DNA of 63,994 nt, the filler included, from Octopus bimaculoides (lineage: Eukaryota), in NCBI RefSeq assembly GCF_001194135.2. It is 4 parts of 4 records of this genome, joined end to end, with 100 filler letters (N's around TTAATTAATTAA, not from the genome) between each part and the next. Parts side by side here need not be neighbours in the genome. Positions count along the whole stretch, not along the records: positions 27,633 to 51,966 come from NC_068983.1; 3 more parts are not named here. One strand, written 5' to 3'. The notes under the pieces were generated by a model. That model saw only the letters and a list, made by a program, of their open reading frames with translations. It did no database searches and had not been told where the DNA came from. Both the position numbers and the translations under genes were made by a program. Numbering within the stretch: the first letter of the stretch is position 1; each line of letters opens with the position of its first letter. Shown here one piece after another: positions 28,430 through 41,603 of this stretch.

Positions 28430-29790
28430 TGATGATGATGATAATATATAAAACATGCCATCAATTAATAAAATATATAAAACAGGCCATGAATAAGTGG
28501 CAAACAGTTCTGCAGCTCGAGACAAAAGAGGGAATCATAAAAAAAAAAAAGCCATCCCCATTAGAAGAGGAATATTCCAAGGAGACTCACACTCTCTACT
28601 CCTTTTCTCTCTGACACTGAAACCTCTAACTGACATGCTAAACAGAACTGGATGTGGACACAACTGTTCTGGTAAAATAATCAACCATCTCTTGTATATG
28701 GATGATCTAAAATTGTATGCTGCAAATGATAAACAACTGGAAATATTAGTACATGGATTTACCAAAGAAATAGATATGAAAATTGGCTTAGAAAAATGTG
28801 CGAAAGCAGCCTTGAAAAGAGGAAACCTAGTTAAGAGTAACAATATCACACTAGATAAAGAAAATGAAATAAGAGAATTAGACCAAACCCAGATTTACAT
28901 ATACTTAGGAATCAATGAACTAGATACGGTACAATGCAGATGACTGAAAGAGAAGACGAGGAAGTAAATTAGCTTAATGCTTACAACAGAGCTCAATGTG
29001 AAAAACAAGATAATAAGTATGTCCCAGTTATAAGTTACAGTTACAATATTCTCAATTGGTCATTAGATGAACTAACTAAGCTAGACCGGAAAACAAGAAA
29101 AATAATGACGAAATTTAAAATACATCACCTAAAATCTGACATTGAAGGGTTATATATATACCATACAATGAAATGAAGGTGGAAAAGGCCTTATACAACT
29201 AGAAAACTACTAAAAAATATCTACCATAGGATTACAGAAATATCTAACTCAGAACCAAAGAAAACTGGTACAAATAGCCACAAAGCATGAGCAAAACAAA
29301 AAAGTATTTGCTGTCTTCAAGAAAGCCAAAAAATACAAGAAAGAGGTCATAATACCTGACAACTATGAAGAAAAAACAAAAACAATAATGGCTGTGGAGC
29401 AACTAAAATCTAAGCTAAAACTGGAACTATAAAATGCCATGATAAAATGATGGCAAGAAATTCTCAAAATACAAAGATCTGGAAATAGAGATAAACCAAA
29501 TGTGGAGCTTAAAAACAGAAACAGTCCCTATAATTAATAGGTGCACTAGGTATGATTAAGAAACTTACTGATATATACATGACCAAAACACCAGGACTTA
29601 CAAATATATATAACATACAGAAAATAGCACTGCACACATCCTACATATATCACTTTCAATATAGTGACAATAACAACACAAAAAAAAAACCCCACAGTAC
29701 ATACCCAAGGCGCACAGAGCTGAGCTTGGTAGTGCAGTGAAAGCACATGATAAAAATAAAACTACTGAATGATGATGATGATGATGATGA
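28430..29790 (+). mobile_element. R4/Dong-clade non-LTR retrotransposon, 5'-truncated and internally deleted
   Basis: RRGIFQGDS, HLLYMDDLKLY, GLEKC and YxYLG RT motifs; later KYKDLEIEINQMW..VPII-GALG (REL endonuclease end); flanked by (AAT/AAC/GAT)n. Confidence 0.9.
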
Positions 29791-30749
29791 CGATGATGGG
29801 CGATGATGGTGATAATAATAATAATTTCACTTTATAGTGTTTGTGAAGACATTTCCAATAATTATTTATATATTCCTATGCTATTAAAAGAAATTGGTAC
29901 ATGCCCTGTCCCTTTATTGATTACAGATCAATACTCTATAAAATAGTAAGTCAAGAAACTTACTACTGAAACAATTACACTACTTCATCGATTTCAAAAT
30001 AACCATTATTAATAAAGATTATTTTGGAATCAATGTATGAAAGTAATTGGAATTGCTAACCTAAAATATGTATGTGCATGTATGTATGTGTATATATATA
30101 TGTATGTATATTATCCCTTATCCCTCCATCTCTCACTATACATATATATATATATATACATACACACACGCATACATGCATGCACACACACACATGCATG
30201 AACACACACACATAATATACTCACATATACATCCGTATGCTTTGTATATTATTTACATCTAAATATTTTTATATTAATTACACTAAATTACATTCTGTGG
30301 AGACAAGTGGGTTCACATACAACTGATTTGTAGGGAGACATTGTAATTTAAATAATCAGTATACCAATGTATGTTCAATGTATATATGTCCAAAGATAAA
30401 TTTTAGAGATAGGTTGAACGTTTCAAGAAAACAGTACAAGTAACAAAAAAACTCACTTTCTTAATTATTATTGGCTGGTCAGTTTTATTATAAGCCTGTC
30501 CCCTACTTACTTCCTTAATCCCCTCCCATCTTGTGTTTTCTCTCTTGCCAAAAAAATATATATAAAGCAAGATATATCTGTCTTTTTTCTTCCTTGCATA
30601 CTCTGGTTATATTTAATTCATCCTTTTCTCCTTTTCCCACTGTACACTGACAGCAGAACTCTATCAACATTGTAACCTTGCTCATTGCTTTCCTCTCCTA
30701 ACACACACACACACACACACAAACATGCATGCACGCACGGACACACATT

Positions 30750-31175
30750 ATTCAAAGGCTTTAGAGTTAACTCTGCTACCTACATTGAGGTCCTGGAAAT
30801 AATTGTTAAGCCCTGGATAGACAGAGTATGCAATGGAAGGCTATATGTGTTTCAGTAAGACTTTGCACTATCACACATTGCTCTAGTAACACAGGAATGA
30901 ATGGGTGAAAATTTTCATGATCACATAACCCCTAACATCTGGCCTCCTAGTTTCCCAGATCTCAATCCATTGGACTATTACATGTGGAGCATTGTTGAGA
31001 GAGAGAGAGAGAGGTCAATGAACACGCCCATAACACCAAAGATTCTTTGAAAGCTGCCACAGTCAGAGTAATGTCCAAAATGAACCAGGACCACTTGATT
31101 TGAGCATGTAGATGATTTAGGTCTCATATAGAAGCAGTTGTTGAAGCTGAAGGTGGCTTTATTGAATAACATTAT
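30750..31175 (+). mobile_element. Tc1/mariner DD37D (maT) transposase relic
   Basis: RVNSATYIEVLEIIVKPW..YVFQ*D..(37 aa)..WPPSFPDLNPLDYYMW..SLKAA..EAVVEAEGGFIE*; in-frame stops. Confidence 0.85.
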
Positions 31176-32399
31176 AGAAAAGGTTTTTTTTCATCCTCAT
31201 TGCATGTTTTGATAATTAAGTTTTTATCTGTTATTATATATCTGTTTTTTTATAAACATAAATCTGTCCTCAGATATCTTACACACCCTGTGTGTGTGTG
31301 TGTGTGTGGGGGGGGGTAATGCAAACAGGAAAACGGAATTCAAAACAAGTGCCAATGCACAAGACTCTTGACCCTTCAGTCATTGTAACTTCTGGTGATT
31401 TTTATTAACAATGATAATTACACACACACACACACTTATGTATAGATATATCTTCACCGCAATATCACTAGCAGTCTTTGTTTAACTCATCACTACCTCG
31501 CCTCCAGTCCATCTCACACATGCACATATACATTGTACTTTATCACTCTCCCCACTGACCCACTGTTTACAAGTTATTGCAATTACAGCCCCTTCCTCAC
31601 TGATTTATGATATTTTTTTTAAATAAACACCTAGACCCTCCTGGCATGTTAACACACCCTCTCCTCATCCTTCTCTTATCTATGTTCAGTACTACTTCAA
31701 ACCCCGGCAGTTGAAAAAGACAATAGTAGGAACAGACAACCTCCTGATCAAAACATCAGATTCCTCAATTTCCCAGGGCAAGTGGAACTTTACTATTTGT
31801 ATATCTCATACAAATTTATAATTTCAGTATAATATCTGTAGAGATTACATATATATATATATATACGTTGTCGTCGTTTAACGTCCGCTTTCCATGCTAG
31901 CATGGGTTGGACGATTTGACTGAGGACTGGTGAAACCAGATGGCTACACCAGGCTCCATGAAGATTGAAGTAAAATGTAAGCATAGACTATCTTTTAGTT
32001 TTAAACATTAAATAGTCTACATGCTTTGATATGTGTTAAACATAATTTCTCTACTCATTTCAGTCATTGGACTGCAGCCATAGTGGAGCATCATTTCCAA
32101 AAGTCTTCTTAGTCAATCATATTAATCCTTACCACTCGTATTTATAAAGCTGATCCCTATTGAATGGGCTATGTTAGAAGTTTTGACATAAAGGGATGCC
32201 ACTCAACACACTGGTTGACACCAAAATAAAGTACATAAGGCACAGGTGTGGCTGTGTGGTAAGAAGCTCGCTTCCCAATCATATGGTTCTGGGTTCAGTC
32301 CCACTGCATGGCACCTTGAACAGATGTCTTCTACTATAGCCTCAGGTTGACCAAAGCCTTGTGAGTGGATTTGGCAGTTGGAAACTTAAAGAAGCCAGT

Positions 32400-32443
<44 letters not shown>

Positions 32444-32689
32444 CATGTGTGTGTATGTGTTTGTCCCACACTACTGCTTGACAACTGGTTTTGGTGTGTT
32501 TATGTTTCTCTAATTTAGCAGTTCACTAGAGATCACTAGAATAAGTATCAGTTAAAAGAAAATAAGTATTGGGGATGGTTCATTCCACTAAAACCCTTCA
32601 AGGTGGTGCCCCAGCATGGCCACAGTCTAATGACTGAAACAAGTAAAAGATAAAGCTCCATCACTAGAATTTGGTTAGCAACAATGATA

Positions 32690-32880
32690 ATTGTAACATA
32701 TTAAATGTTAGAAAAGTCTTGCATATTTTTACTGTTCCACTTACATAGTGTATCTGTAAAGTGTGCATAAAGCTGTTTTCTTTCTTTGCCTCCAAATCCT
32801 AGCTTTTTCAGATTGTTATTTAGACATTTAATAACATAATGGTATAAATGTGAATTTATGATCAAGGTAGAGAAGCTGAA
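32690..32880 (-). mobile_element. R4/Dong-type LINE extreme 3' fragment
   Basis: Minus frames give DHKFTFIP, YVIKCLNNNLKKLGFGGKERKQ and GTVKICKTF, matching 54930-55050. Confidence 0.65.
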
Positions 32881-33059
32881 GGTTTGAAAGCAGTTGTCTT
32901 TTATATTTTACTTGCTTCAGCCATTGAACTGCAGCCATGTTGGGGCACTGCTTTAATGAGTTTAATCAAACAAGCCAACCACAGTCTGGTACTTCTATTG
33001 ATCATTTTTACTGAACCTGCTAAGTTACAGGGATATAAACAAATGAGGAAAAACCTTGG

Positions 33060-34270
33060 ATGTTAATTCTATCTGATCTGGCAATGTTTCTACAGCTGGA
33101 TGCCCTTCCAAATGCCAACCACTCCAAGTGCAGTGGGTGCTTTTTATGTGCCATTGGCACACGAGCCAGTCAGGGGGTACTGGCATCGACCATGTTTGGA
33201 TGGTACTTTCAACATGCCACTGGCATGGAAGCCAGTCAGGGGGAACTGGTCACAGCTACGATATTGGTTTTACTCGACTCAACAGGTCTTCTCAAGCATA
33301 TCATATCACCCAATGCATCAGGGGTACTCTTAACTGGGTCATACATGCATGGCTGCAATCTCACTTTAGTTGCCAGGTATTCTTAATCACAGCAATCTCC
33401 AAAGGTCTGTCTCCTGTCATTGCCTCTGTGAGACTCAATGATTGAAGGTCATGCTTCACCACCTCATCCCATGTCTTCCTGGTTCTACCTTTTCCACAGG
33501 TTTCTTCTACAGTTAGGAAGTGGAACTTCCTCACACAGCTGTCCTCATCCATATGTAACACATGACCATACTAGCGCAGTCGTCTCTCTTGCACACCACA
33601 TTTGATGCTTCTTATGCCCAANNNNNNNNNNGCAGTCGTCTCTCTTGCACACCACATTTGATGCTTCTTATGCCCAACTTTTTTCTTAGGGCGCTAACTC
33701 TCTGTCGTGTATGCAAACTGACATTACATATCCAGTGGATCATACTAGTTTTATTTCTTTCAATGTCCTCACACACATACATCATACAGTCTACCATTCA
33801 TCTTGAGTGAGAGGCCTTTAGTTGCCAGCAGAGGTAGGAGCTCCTTGAACTTTGCCCAGGCCACTATACTCGCAGAGCAGCCACCCCCACTACAGACTTG
33901 GTTGTTTAGGTAGCGGAAGTTATGAACTACTTCTAGTTTCTCCTCCTGGCATGTGATGGAATCTGTTTTCTGCACATCTTCAGTGTTTATTGCCCCTATG
34001 CATCTGCCACACACAAAAATTATCTTCCAGGTTAACCTTCCTTTGATATTGCTGCATCTTTTATGTGTCCATAACTTACACTGGGTACATCGTATGGAGT
34101 TTCTACCCATGCCTTTTCTACAGATTGAGTAGGGCCATCTACCTGAAGGGGTTTGTGATTTGACAGCCTTCCGACTTACTAAGACTTTGATTTTTGTTAG
34201 GTTAACCCTAAGGCTCTTCGATTCTAGACCTTGCTTCCACACCCTAAACTTCATCTCTAGTTCTGGCAGT
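33060..34270 (-). mobile_element. 5'-truncated RTE-clade LINE (RT C-terminus with PHD-like finger, 3' UTR)
   Basis: ORF 33769-34254 has LRVNLTKIKV and LEVVHNFRYL (RT subdomains 6/7); it continues to RRLRWYGHVLHM and GKGRTRKTW, then into the abundant gagtggttggc-ttaggaagggcatccagctgtagaaac 3' UTR. Confidence 0.9.
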
Positions 34271-34468
34271 GACTCAGCTTTAGAGCAAACCCCATTTTAA
34301 ATGCAGAATGCATATTTTGTTAATATATTTGAGGTTTGCTTCCCCAGCAATCTTCATAGATTTCTGCATGTAAAGTGAATAATAGTCAGTCTAATCATTA
34401 TAGACTGTTACAAGCACAATTTTGTTCCAAACAACAGATGTATAATAACCAGATCAAATCAAACATAC

Positions 34469-34629
34469 CCTCAGTGCTTCCAGAGAAAAGAACCCATAAT
34501 GTGAAAGAAATAACCGTGCTGTCTGAAACTTGTTTCGAATTTTGGGTGGTTTGCATTCTGTGTCAGAGTTAACTTGATGACAGTTTTGACAAAGTCTTCT
34601 CTGTCACAATGGGCTCCATAGTTGGAATG
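34469..34629 (-). pseudogene. RALGAPB: Isolated, frameshifted exon of Ral GTPase-activating protein subunit beta
   Basis: 5' part reads (S)[16 protein letters not shown] (human SIPDLHEIVTEELEE); 3' part, in another frame, reads [31 protein letters not shown] (human [31 protein letters not shown]). Acceptor ttcag and donor AGG|gtatgt are intact; 161 nt is not 3n+1, and about 25 aa are missing in the middle. Confidence 0.8.
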
Positions 34630-34926
34630 CTGAATTCTAATTTTGTTCATACATATACAATAGTTTCTACACGCTTTATGTCAACCAAATTCACTCACAA
34701 GGCATTGGTCAGCCTGGGTCTATACTATGCAGGTGTATAGTTCAGTCCCACTGAACCCCAAACCATGTGGTTATGAAACAAACTTCTTAACCACACAGCC
34801 ATGCCTTAACCTCATGATAAATTAAAATTATTTTTTCCAAATCTAACACAAATTGAATCTCCATTTTAACCACACAAACAAAGAAAAACAAACAAATTAT
34901 AAACTGAAATATAAAGTAGTACTTAC

Positions 34927-34987
34927 CTCCAAAAATGTTGGATAAATATTGAGTTCAACGTCTATATTATCAATATAGGTGAACAAT
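34927..34987 (-). CDS. PARP6: PARP6/PARP8-like coding exon 3 (R-LFTYIDNIDVELNIYPTFLE)
   Basis: Acceptor tttttttttttctag, donor GAG|gtaagt, 61 nt, phase 2 to 0; aligns to PARP6 EYGTIDDVDIDLHINISFLD, with intron positions matching my recollection of the human gene. Confidence 0.85.
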
Positions 34988-37388
34988 CTAGAAAAAAAAA
35001 AACAACCAAAGCATAAATAGGTTGTAATTGTTGATTTTATAGAATTTCAAAATGTTTCTCTAAAAATAACAAACATTTATATTTACAAGATTCACAACAA
35101 TTTCTTTGGGGACTTTAAAGGTGTAGAAATATAAACATTTGAAATTAAGCAAACATTATTTATTCTCTCAGAAAAATTTATTTAAAAATATTTTATTTTA
35201 TTTTTGTTTATTTAATTATTTGTTTGTACAAACTTTTTCAAGAGTATATTTATAACAAAATACACTACCAATTAATTTTTGAAATATAATCAAGAACTCC
35301 TGCTTTCGTTGCCAGTGTTTGATTGAAAAAAGATGATATCACATTGAATATAGTTTTCTCAATAGGAAATCGTTTGTGTTAATAGTAATGTTGTCACTGC
35401 TAGTTCTAATAATAATGTTTGCATTTCTGATTCTCTCTCTCTCTATATATATATATATTCTGTAAATAGAATGAAAAATTAAAGTACACTGAAATAAATG
35501 AAAGATATTTCAAGATATAACTAATAGCTTTCTTCTTTTTCAAATGTTTAAAGTGGTGATTACTGTACAATGAAATATTTGGCCTGTGCTTGTTTGGTAT
35601 AAGTGATGCTCTTGTAGCAAATACAGACATCATCATCATCATCATCATTGTCGTCGTCATCATCGTCGTCGCTGTCATCATCATCATCATCATTATCATC
35701 AATGTTGTCTTACTTTCAGTGCTGTTGTGATTATTTGTTTATTATCTCTATGCCAGCAGTATATTTTCATGTGTCTTGGTCTAGTGTGATACAAGAGATA
35801 TCTTGTATGAGACTTGACTCTCACAAGTTCATATTGTAACTGCATATCCATCAGATCAAACACTGTTCAAATCTCTACAATTGTTACTGATCTATTTTTC
35901 TGGTCTTAATGAACCTATTTTTTGCCATCATAACATTTCTAACAAATATGTTATAATCAAACTTAATACATGTATTTCTAATCTAAGCATAATATTTAAT
36001 ATAGAAAGTTCCTTTGTCACTATCAAAATGATTATTCATCAATAGAATGTTAATAATATTAAGTTTTTTACATTTACTAAATGTTAATAATTTAGACAAG
36101 CTTCTGCTGACCGATGTTCTCAGCAATGGGAAATAATTCTTTCAAATTTTGGCACACATCCAGTAATTTTGAAGAGAGTAAGTAGTTGATAATATCAACT
36201 CCCATACTTGGTTGGTACTTATTTTATTGAGGTCAACTTAACCTTTCAGCCTTTTGGCTGAAAGGTTAAGTTGACCTCAATGGAATTTCAGCTCAGAACA
36301 TAAAGCCCAAAGAAACGCAGCTAAGCATTTGTTCCATGTGCCAGTTCACTTGTTGGCTTCTGCTCATTTGTTTCTGCCAGTTCACCAGCTTAAGCAATGA
36401 GAAATAATTGTTTATGAGACATTCACAGACACCTAGATACTGAGGTAGTTATTTGACCTATTTACAATATGGCAATAAACTCTTCCTATCAAACTTATAT
36501 CATCATTTAAATCCAGGAACCACTTGAGCAACATGTATAATGTTACTTGTTCCAGTTTTTGTTCTATCCTGTTGGGATGTGTGAGTTCTAACACTTCAAA
36601 GACTCTAATTTGGAGAAAAAAATGTTGTATGATCTTGGGAAATAAAAATTCTAATCTTTTGAGATAAGCCCTTCTTCAGATCATTCCTTTTGTTTTTTCA
36701 TGCCTTTCTGGTGCATCAAGGGGAGCAGCAAGGTGTGATGCTTGTTAATTATCCTTCTGTATTCAGACTATTCAAACAAATATAATGCTTATTTATTCAT
36801 ACTGTTTTGAATTAATCCTGCATTATCTTGTAGCTTCAGGATTTCAATATGATTGTTTATTTTCAGAATAACATTGTAGGGTAGGTGTGAGAGGTTGGAT
36901 ATAGCCAGTTCGAACATAAAACAGATAGAATATTAAGGCCGGATATGGCTTTTTTCAGTGCTAAAGGGTTAAGTCATATGCACCAAAAGTATCTATGCTG
37001 CCGAATGCTGAGAACCCTTGCTCTGCTACTGCAAAGCATAAAATGTATTCAAATTTACAGACATTATAGATCAATTGCTGCTGAAGCAAATTGCAATGAG
37101 TTCCCTTGGAATCTGGTTTTTAATTGTTAATTATAGATAAGTTTCACACCTACTTCATGGTTGAGCTGTGAGTTGTAGGAAAGATAACTAAGTATAAAAA
37201 CAATTGTTTTTAACAAAAGAATTAACCCAACCATGCAAAAATGGGTATAAAAAGTGTAAAAATATTTTAGAATATTTAAGGATCAACTCAGGCATGCAAG
37301 CATGGGTATAAAAACAGAATAAAAATACTATGCAAATATTTAACTTGCACAAAAATTAGACCAAGTTATTTGAAGGAAATATACATAC

Positions 37389-37486
37389 CTGTACGTTATG
37401 GATTCTTCACCAAATAAATTTTTTATTTGTTCCATGTCCTTGTCAAGTGCTGGATTTACTTGCACTTCTTCAAGCATTTCAAGATC
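37389..37486 (-). CDS. PARP6: PARP6/PARP8-like coding exon 2 (DLEMLEEVQVNPALDKDMEQIKNLFGEESITY-R)
   Basis: Acceptor ttatttattggcag, donor AG|gtatgt, 98 nt, phase 0 to 2; aligns by eye to human PARP6 HPQLDADIEAVKEIYSENSVSIR and PARP8 HPQLEADLSAVREIYGPHAVSLR. Confidence 0.85.
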
Positions 37487-39439
37487 CTGCCAATAAATAA
37501 TAAAGATGATGATGATGATGACAATGACAATGATGACGATGACAACAATGGTGGTGGTGGTGACAATGATAGTAACAACAATGATGAGGGTGAGGATGAG
37601 GTGATGTTGATGATGACAAGGATGACAACAACGATGATGATGATGAAGAAGGTTGTCAACAGCAATCACAATGAGGGTGAAGCCAGATGGATCACTAATA
37701 ATAAATCCAATTTAATATTATCAAGTAAAAATGTATTTCAAAAAATAAAATAAGATAAAATAAAGCATAAAATTTTAATAATAATAATATAAAAACAATG
37801 AGTAGTTAAAAAAGATAAAAGCAATGAATAAAGACCTAATTCTATGCAATTAGCAGGGTCTTGTAAAAAATTAATTATGTATTCTTCATTTGGCAGCAGC
37901 TGACTTAATCGTTACAGGCGTTTATAGATTATTGATTATAATTGTTTACTCTTTTACTAGTTCTTGTCATTGGATTGTGACCATGCTGGAGTATTGCCTT
38001 GAAGGTTTAGTCCAGTCACAGGCAAACTGTAGCCTGCAAGACCTGAATGGCATGCCTAATGGAAAATTACCTTGAATTTTTTTTCAGTATTGCTGCCTGC
38101 TTGATGATGAACTATCATGTTTTATGTGATCCACTCATGGAGGTGTGTGGCTTAGTGGTTAGGGTTTGAACTCATGATCGTAAGATTGTAGTTTTGGTTC
38201 TTGGACCGGATGTGTTGTGTTCTTGAGCAAAACACTTCATTTCACGTTGCTCCAGTCCCACTTAGCCGGCAAAAATGAGTAATCTTGCGATGGACCAGTG
38301 CCCTGTCCAGGTAGGGAATATATACGCCATGAAACCAGGAAACCAGCCCTTATGAGTTGGTATGACTTGAGAAGGTAATTTTACCTTTCAAGTGAAGGTG
38401 CATGGCTTAGTGGTTAGGGTGTTGGACTCATTACCGTATGATTGTGGTTTCGATTCCTGGACCAGACAATGTGTTGTGTTCTTGAGCAAAACATTCTATT
38501 TCACATTGCACCAGTCCACTCCACTGGCAAAAATCAGTAATCCTGCAATGGATCTGCGTCCTGCCCAGGTGGGGAATATATACACCATGAAACTGGGAGA
38601 CTGGCCCTTATAAGTTGGTATGACTGAAGAACGTAACTTTTCCTTTACTTTTGTGGGCCACTTCTCAGAAAAAAGGTTGCTCGTGCATGGTTAAGTTCAT
38701 CAAACCAACTCTAATACTTATTTTATTCTATGGGTCACTTTTTGCTCAACTGCTAAGGATGTAAACAAACTAACGCCAGTTGTCAAGCCGTGAGTGAACA
38801 AATACAAAGACAAGCATGCCATCATCACCACCAAATCTATCTACCCTCCTCCTTCTCCTCAACGTTGCTGTTGTCATCTACACCACTACAACTGTCACTG
38901 CCACCACAACCATCACCACCACTACTACCACTGCCACGCCCAACCCACCACCACTACCAGCAACAACAACAATAGCTCTATGACACTACTACAGATAGTG
39001 CCACCAACAACCTCTGCAGCCATCACCATCATAAACAGCAAGGAAACTCAAAACAAGGAGAGAAGCATCTATGTGCATACTTAACTTGTTAGAAATAGTA
39101 GCTAAAAGGTCATTTTGGATAATGTAGTCCAAGACATACAAAATGGTTGGTTTGTCATGCCTGGAATGTCTTTGATCATAGGTCCACTAAATCAAAGATG
39201 ACCTGAAGCTAAAAAAACAACAGCAGCAGCTCCAGCAAAGGCTACCTAGAATCTTAAAAAAGAAAGAACTGTAGCTCTTAAAATTAGACAGGATGGCTGT
39301 TACTAGAAAGCTTGCCAATGAGGAAGCCTCTAAGTGGTCACTTAAATTGCAAGAAATAGCATAAAAATCTGCCTCAAATCACATCCCATTTAGAAAAGGA
39401 CACATTGGAGAATATATTCCTCAAGATACTATATTGGAA

Positions 39440-39825
39440 AACACTGTATCTATGGTGAACTAGCAGTTGGCTCTCGGTCATGTGGTGGATCAAAGGGAAG
39501 ATACAAGGACATTCTCAAGAAAACCTTGAAAAAATGTAACTTAATGCAGTTTACTTGGGAATGTTTTGCTCAAGATCACTCACTGTGGTGTACAGCTGTG
39601 TACTCTGGAGTACAGCACTCAGAAACAGAAATGATCAGAGAAACTACAGAAAGGAAGACAACAGGGAAAGTATGAGCCCCACTGAGTCTTGATTCTGCTG
39701 TTATGTGACTCCACTGAAATGATGGATCTTATGTGCATATTGGCCTAATAAGCCAACTAAGAACCCATAGAAGTAAAGCTAATAGTCTGGTCGTCTTCAG
39801 AAACATGAAGGACGAATGTTGTATT
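39440..39825 (+). mobile_element. BovB-like RTE LINE 3' fragment
   Basis: YGELAVGSRSCGGSKGRYKDILKKTL..TWECFAQD..W, then HIGLISQLRTH. Confidence 0.75.
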
Positions 39826-39912
39826 TGAAAATAAAATGAGATTGTCATATCTGCTGATCAAAGAACTGGTTACTTAATTAAGGATGACTTGCAGATAACC
39901 ACCACCACCACC

Positions 39913-39943
<31 letters not shown>

Positions 39944-40485
39944 CAGGCAATGAGCTTCTACATGGTAACTCAACCTGTTACACATAACCAAAATCTCACA
40001 TAAAACACACCTAACCATTTTAAAAGGAAGGACACATAGAATAGAGTATTTTTGAATAAAAGGCTGGCTAGTTATGTTTGAGACATCTTGATTTCAGATC
40101 CTTTTGATCGGGGTTGACCTGGGGCTAAACAACAACGGCAGCACATTATTCTTTTACACCATCACTGCAGCTATACTATAAAGATCATCTCTGCTATCAA
40201 AAGTATTAGTTGGACAATACCACCACCACCACCACCACCACCACTGCCACCATCATTGACATCACAAAAGACAATGGCCTCAGGCATCACCAACAAGTGC
40301 TACAACAGCAGTACAATAATTTTACCACTACCAGAACCACCACCACAATCACCACTGTCATCACCATGGCCACTACCATCATCATTGCTACCCTCACCAC
40401 CACCATAAGTGCTAATAATTACAAGAACAATAACCACACCAATATCTGTAAACATATCAAGCAATTCAAATGTCATCTTATCTTT

Positions 40486-40539
<54 letters not shown>

Positions 40540-41603
40540 CACACATGCATACACATATTCATGATAAACATACATACATATATATATATACACACACACA
40601 TATATACACACAGCTCTTTTATTGATAAACTCTAACATTTAAATGTGTAAACACACATACATACACCACACATATGCACCCGCACAAAACATCAAACAAT
40701 GAAAGTAATAAAATTAGATCAATGGAAATATTATTAATAATTAAAAAAACAAACAAACAATTATATAAACATACACACAGAAACAAATATAAAAAATTTA
40801 AAAATTTAAAAAATGCCAGACAATAAAATGTAAAGGTGAAAGGTAATAACGAGGGAAAAACGATAGAGCTGATGAATTCATTATGGTTGATATTTCTCAC
40901 AAGAAACAACGAAGACAAGCTCTCTCCCATTCTCCATGCTGCTAATTAATTGTTGATCAAGAGATAAAACATGCAAAGTTTCATCTAAACATGGCAATTA
41001 GAATTGCTAAATGGATGATGTTTTACATTAATTTACATTGTTCGTTGTTGTTGTTGCTGTTTTTATTTTTATTGTTTTGTTTTTCTTTTGGAGGCTGCAT
41101 AATGATATTGTGGTGGAGTGGATAAATGTATTGGACTCCCAATTCAGAGATTCTGAGTTCAAATATGCCGCAGGTTTTTCCATTACTTTGTTTTTACATT
41201 CAATATTTGATTTTACTTACAATCTCTCACCTATCTGTGGGTGAAAAAAAATATAGGCATAGGCTATGGCTGTATGGTTCAGTCCTACTGCATAACACCT
41301 TGGGTAAGTGTCTTCCACTATAACTGCAGGCCAACCAAAGCCTTGTGAGTGGATTTGGTAGATGGAAACTGAAAGAAGCCCATCGCATATGCGTGTGTGT
41401 CTTGTGTCTGTGTTTGTCTCCCCATCCCCACTTGACAGTGTTGGTGTGTTTATGTACCTGTAACTTAGCAGCTCGGCAAATGATATTAATAAAATATGTC
41501 CTGGGATCAATTTGTTCAACTAAAACCATGCTCCAGCATGGTCACAGTCAAATAACTGAAACAAGTAAAAAAATAAAAGAAAAGAATAGAAAGGTAGATT
41601 TAA

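Noticed and set aside
30445-30490. AYNKTDQPIIIKK as a possible PARP exon 4
   Set aside because: Purine-rich acceptor, missing the conserved Trp and the downstream RL..S..YL block.
32745-32753. 9-nt minus-strand microexon tttacag|ATACACTAT|gtaagt
   Set aside because: It lies inside an R4/Dong LINE 3' fragment; the splice-like signals are coincidental.
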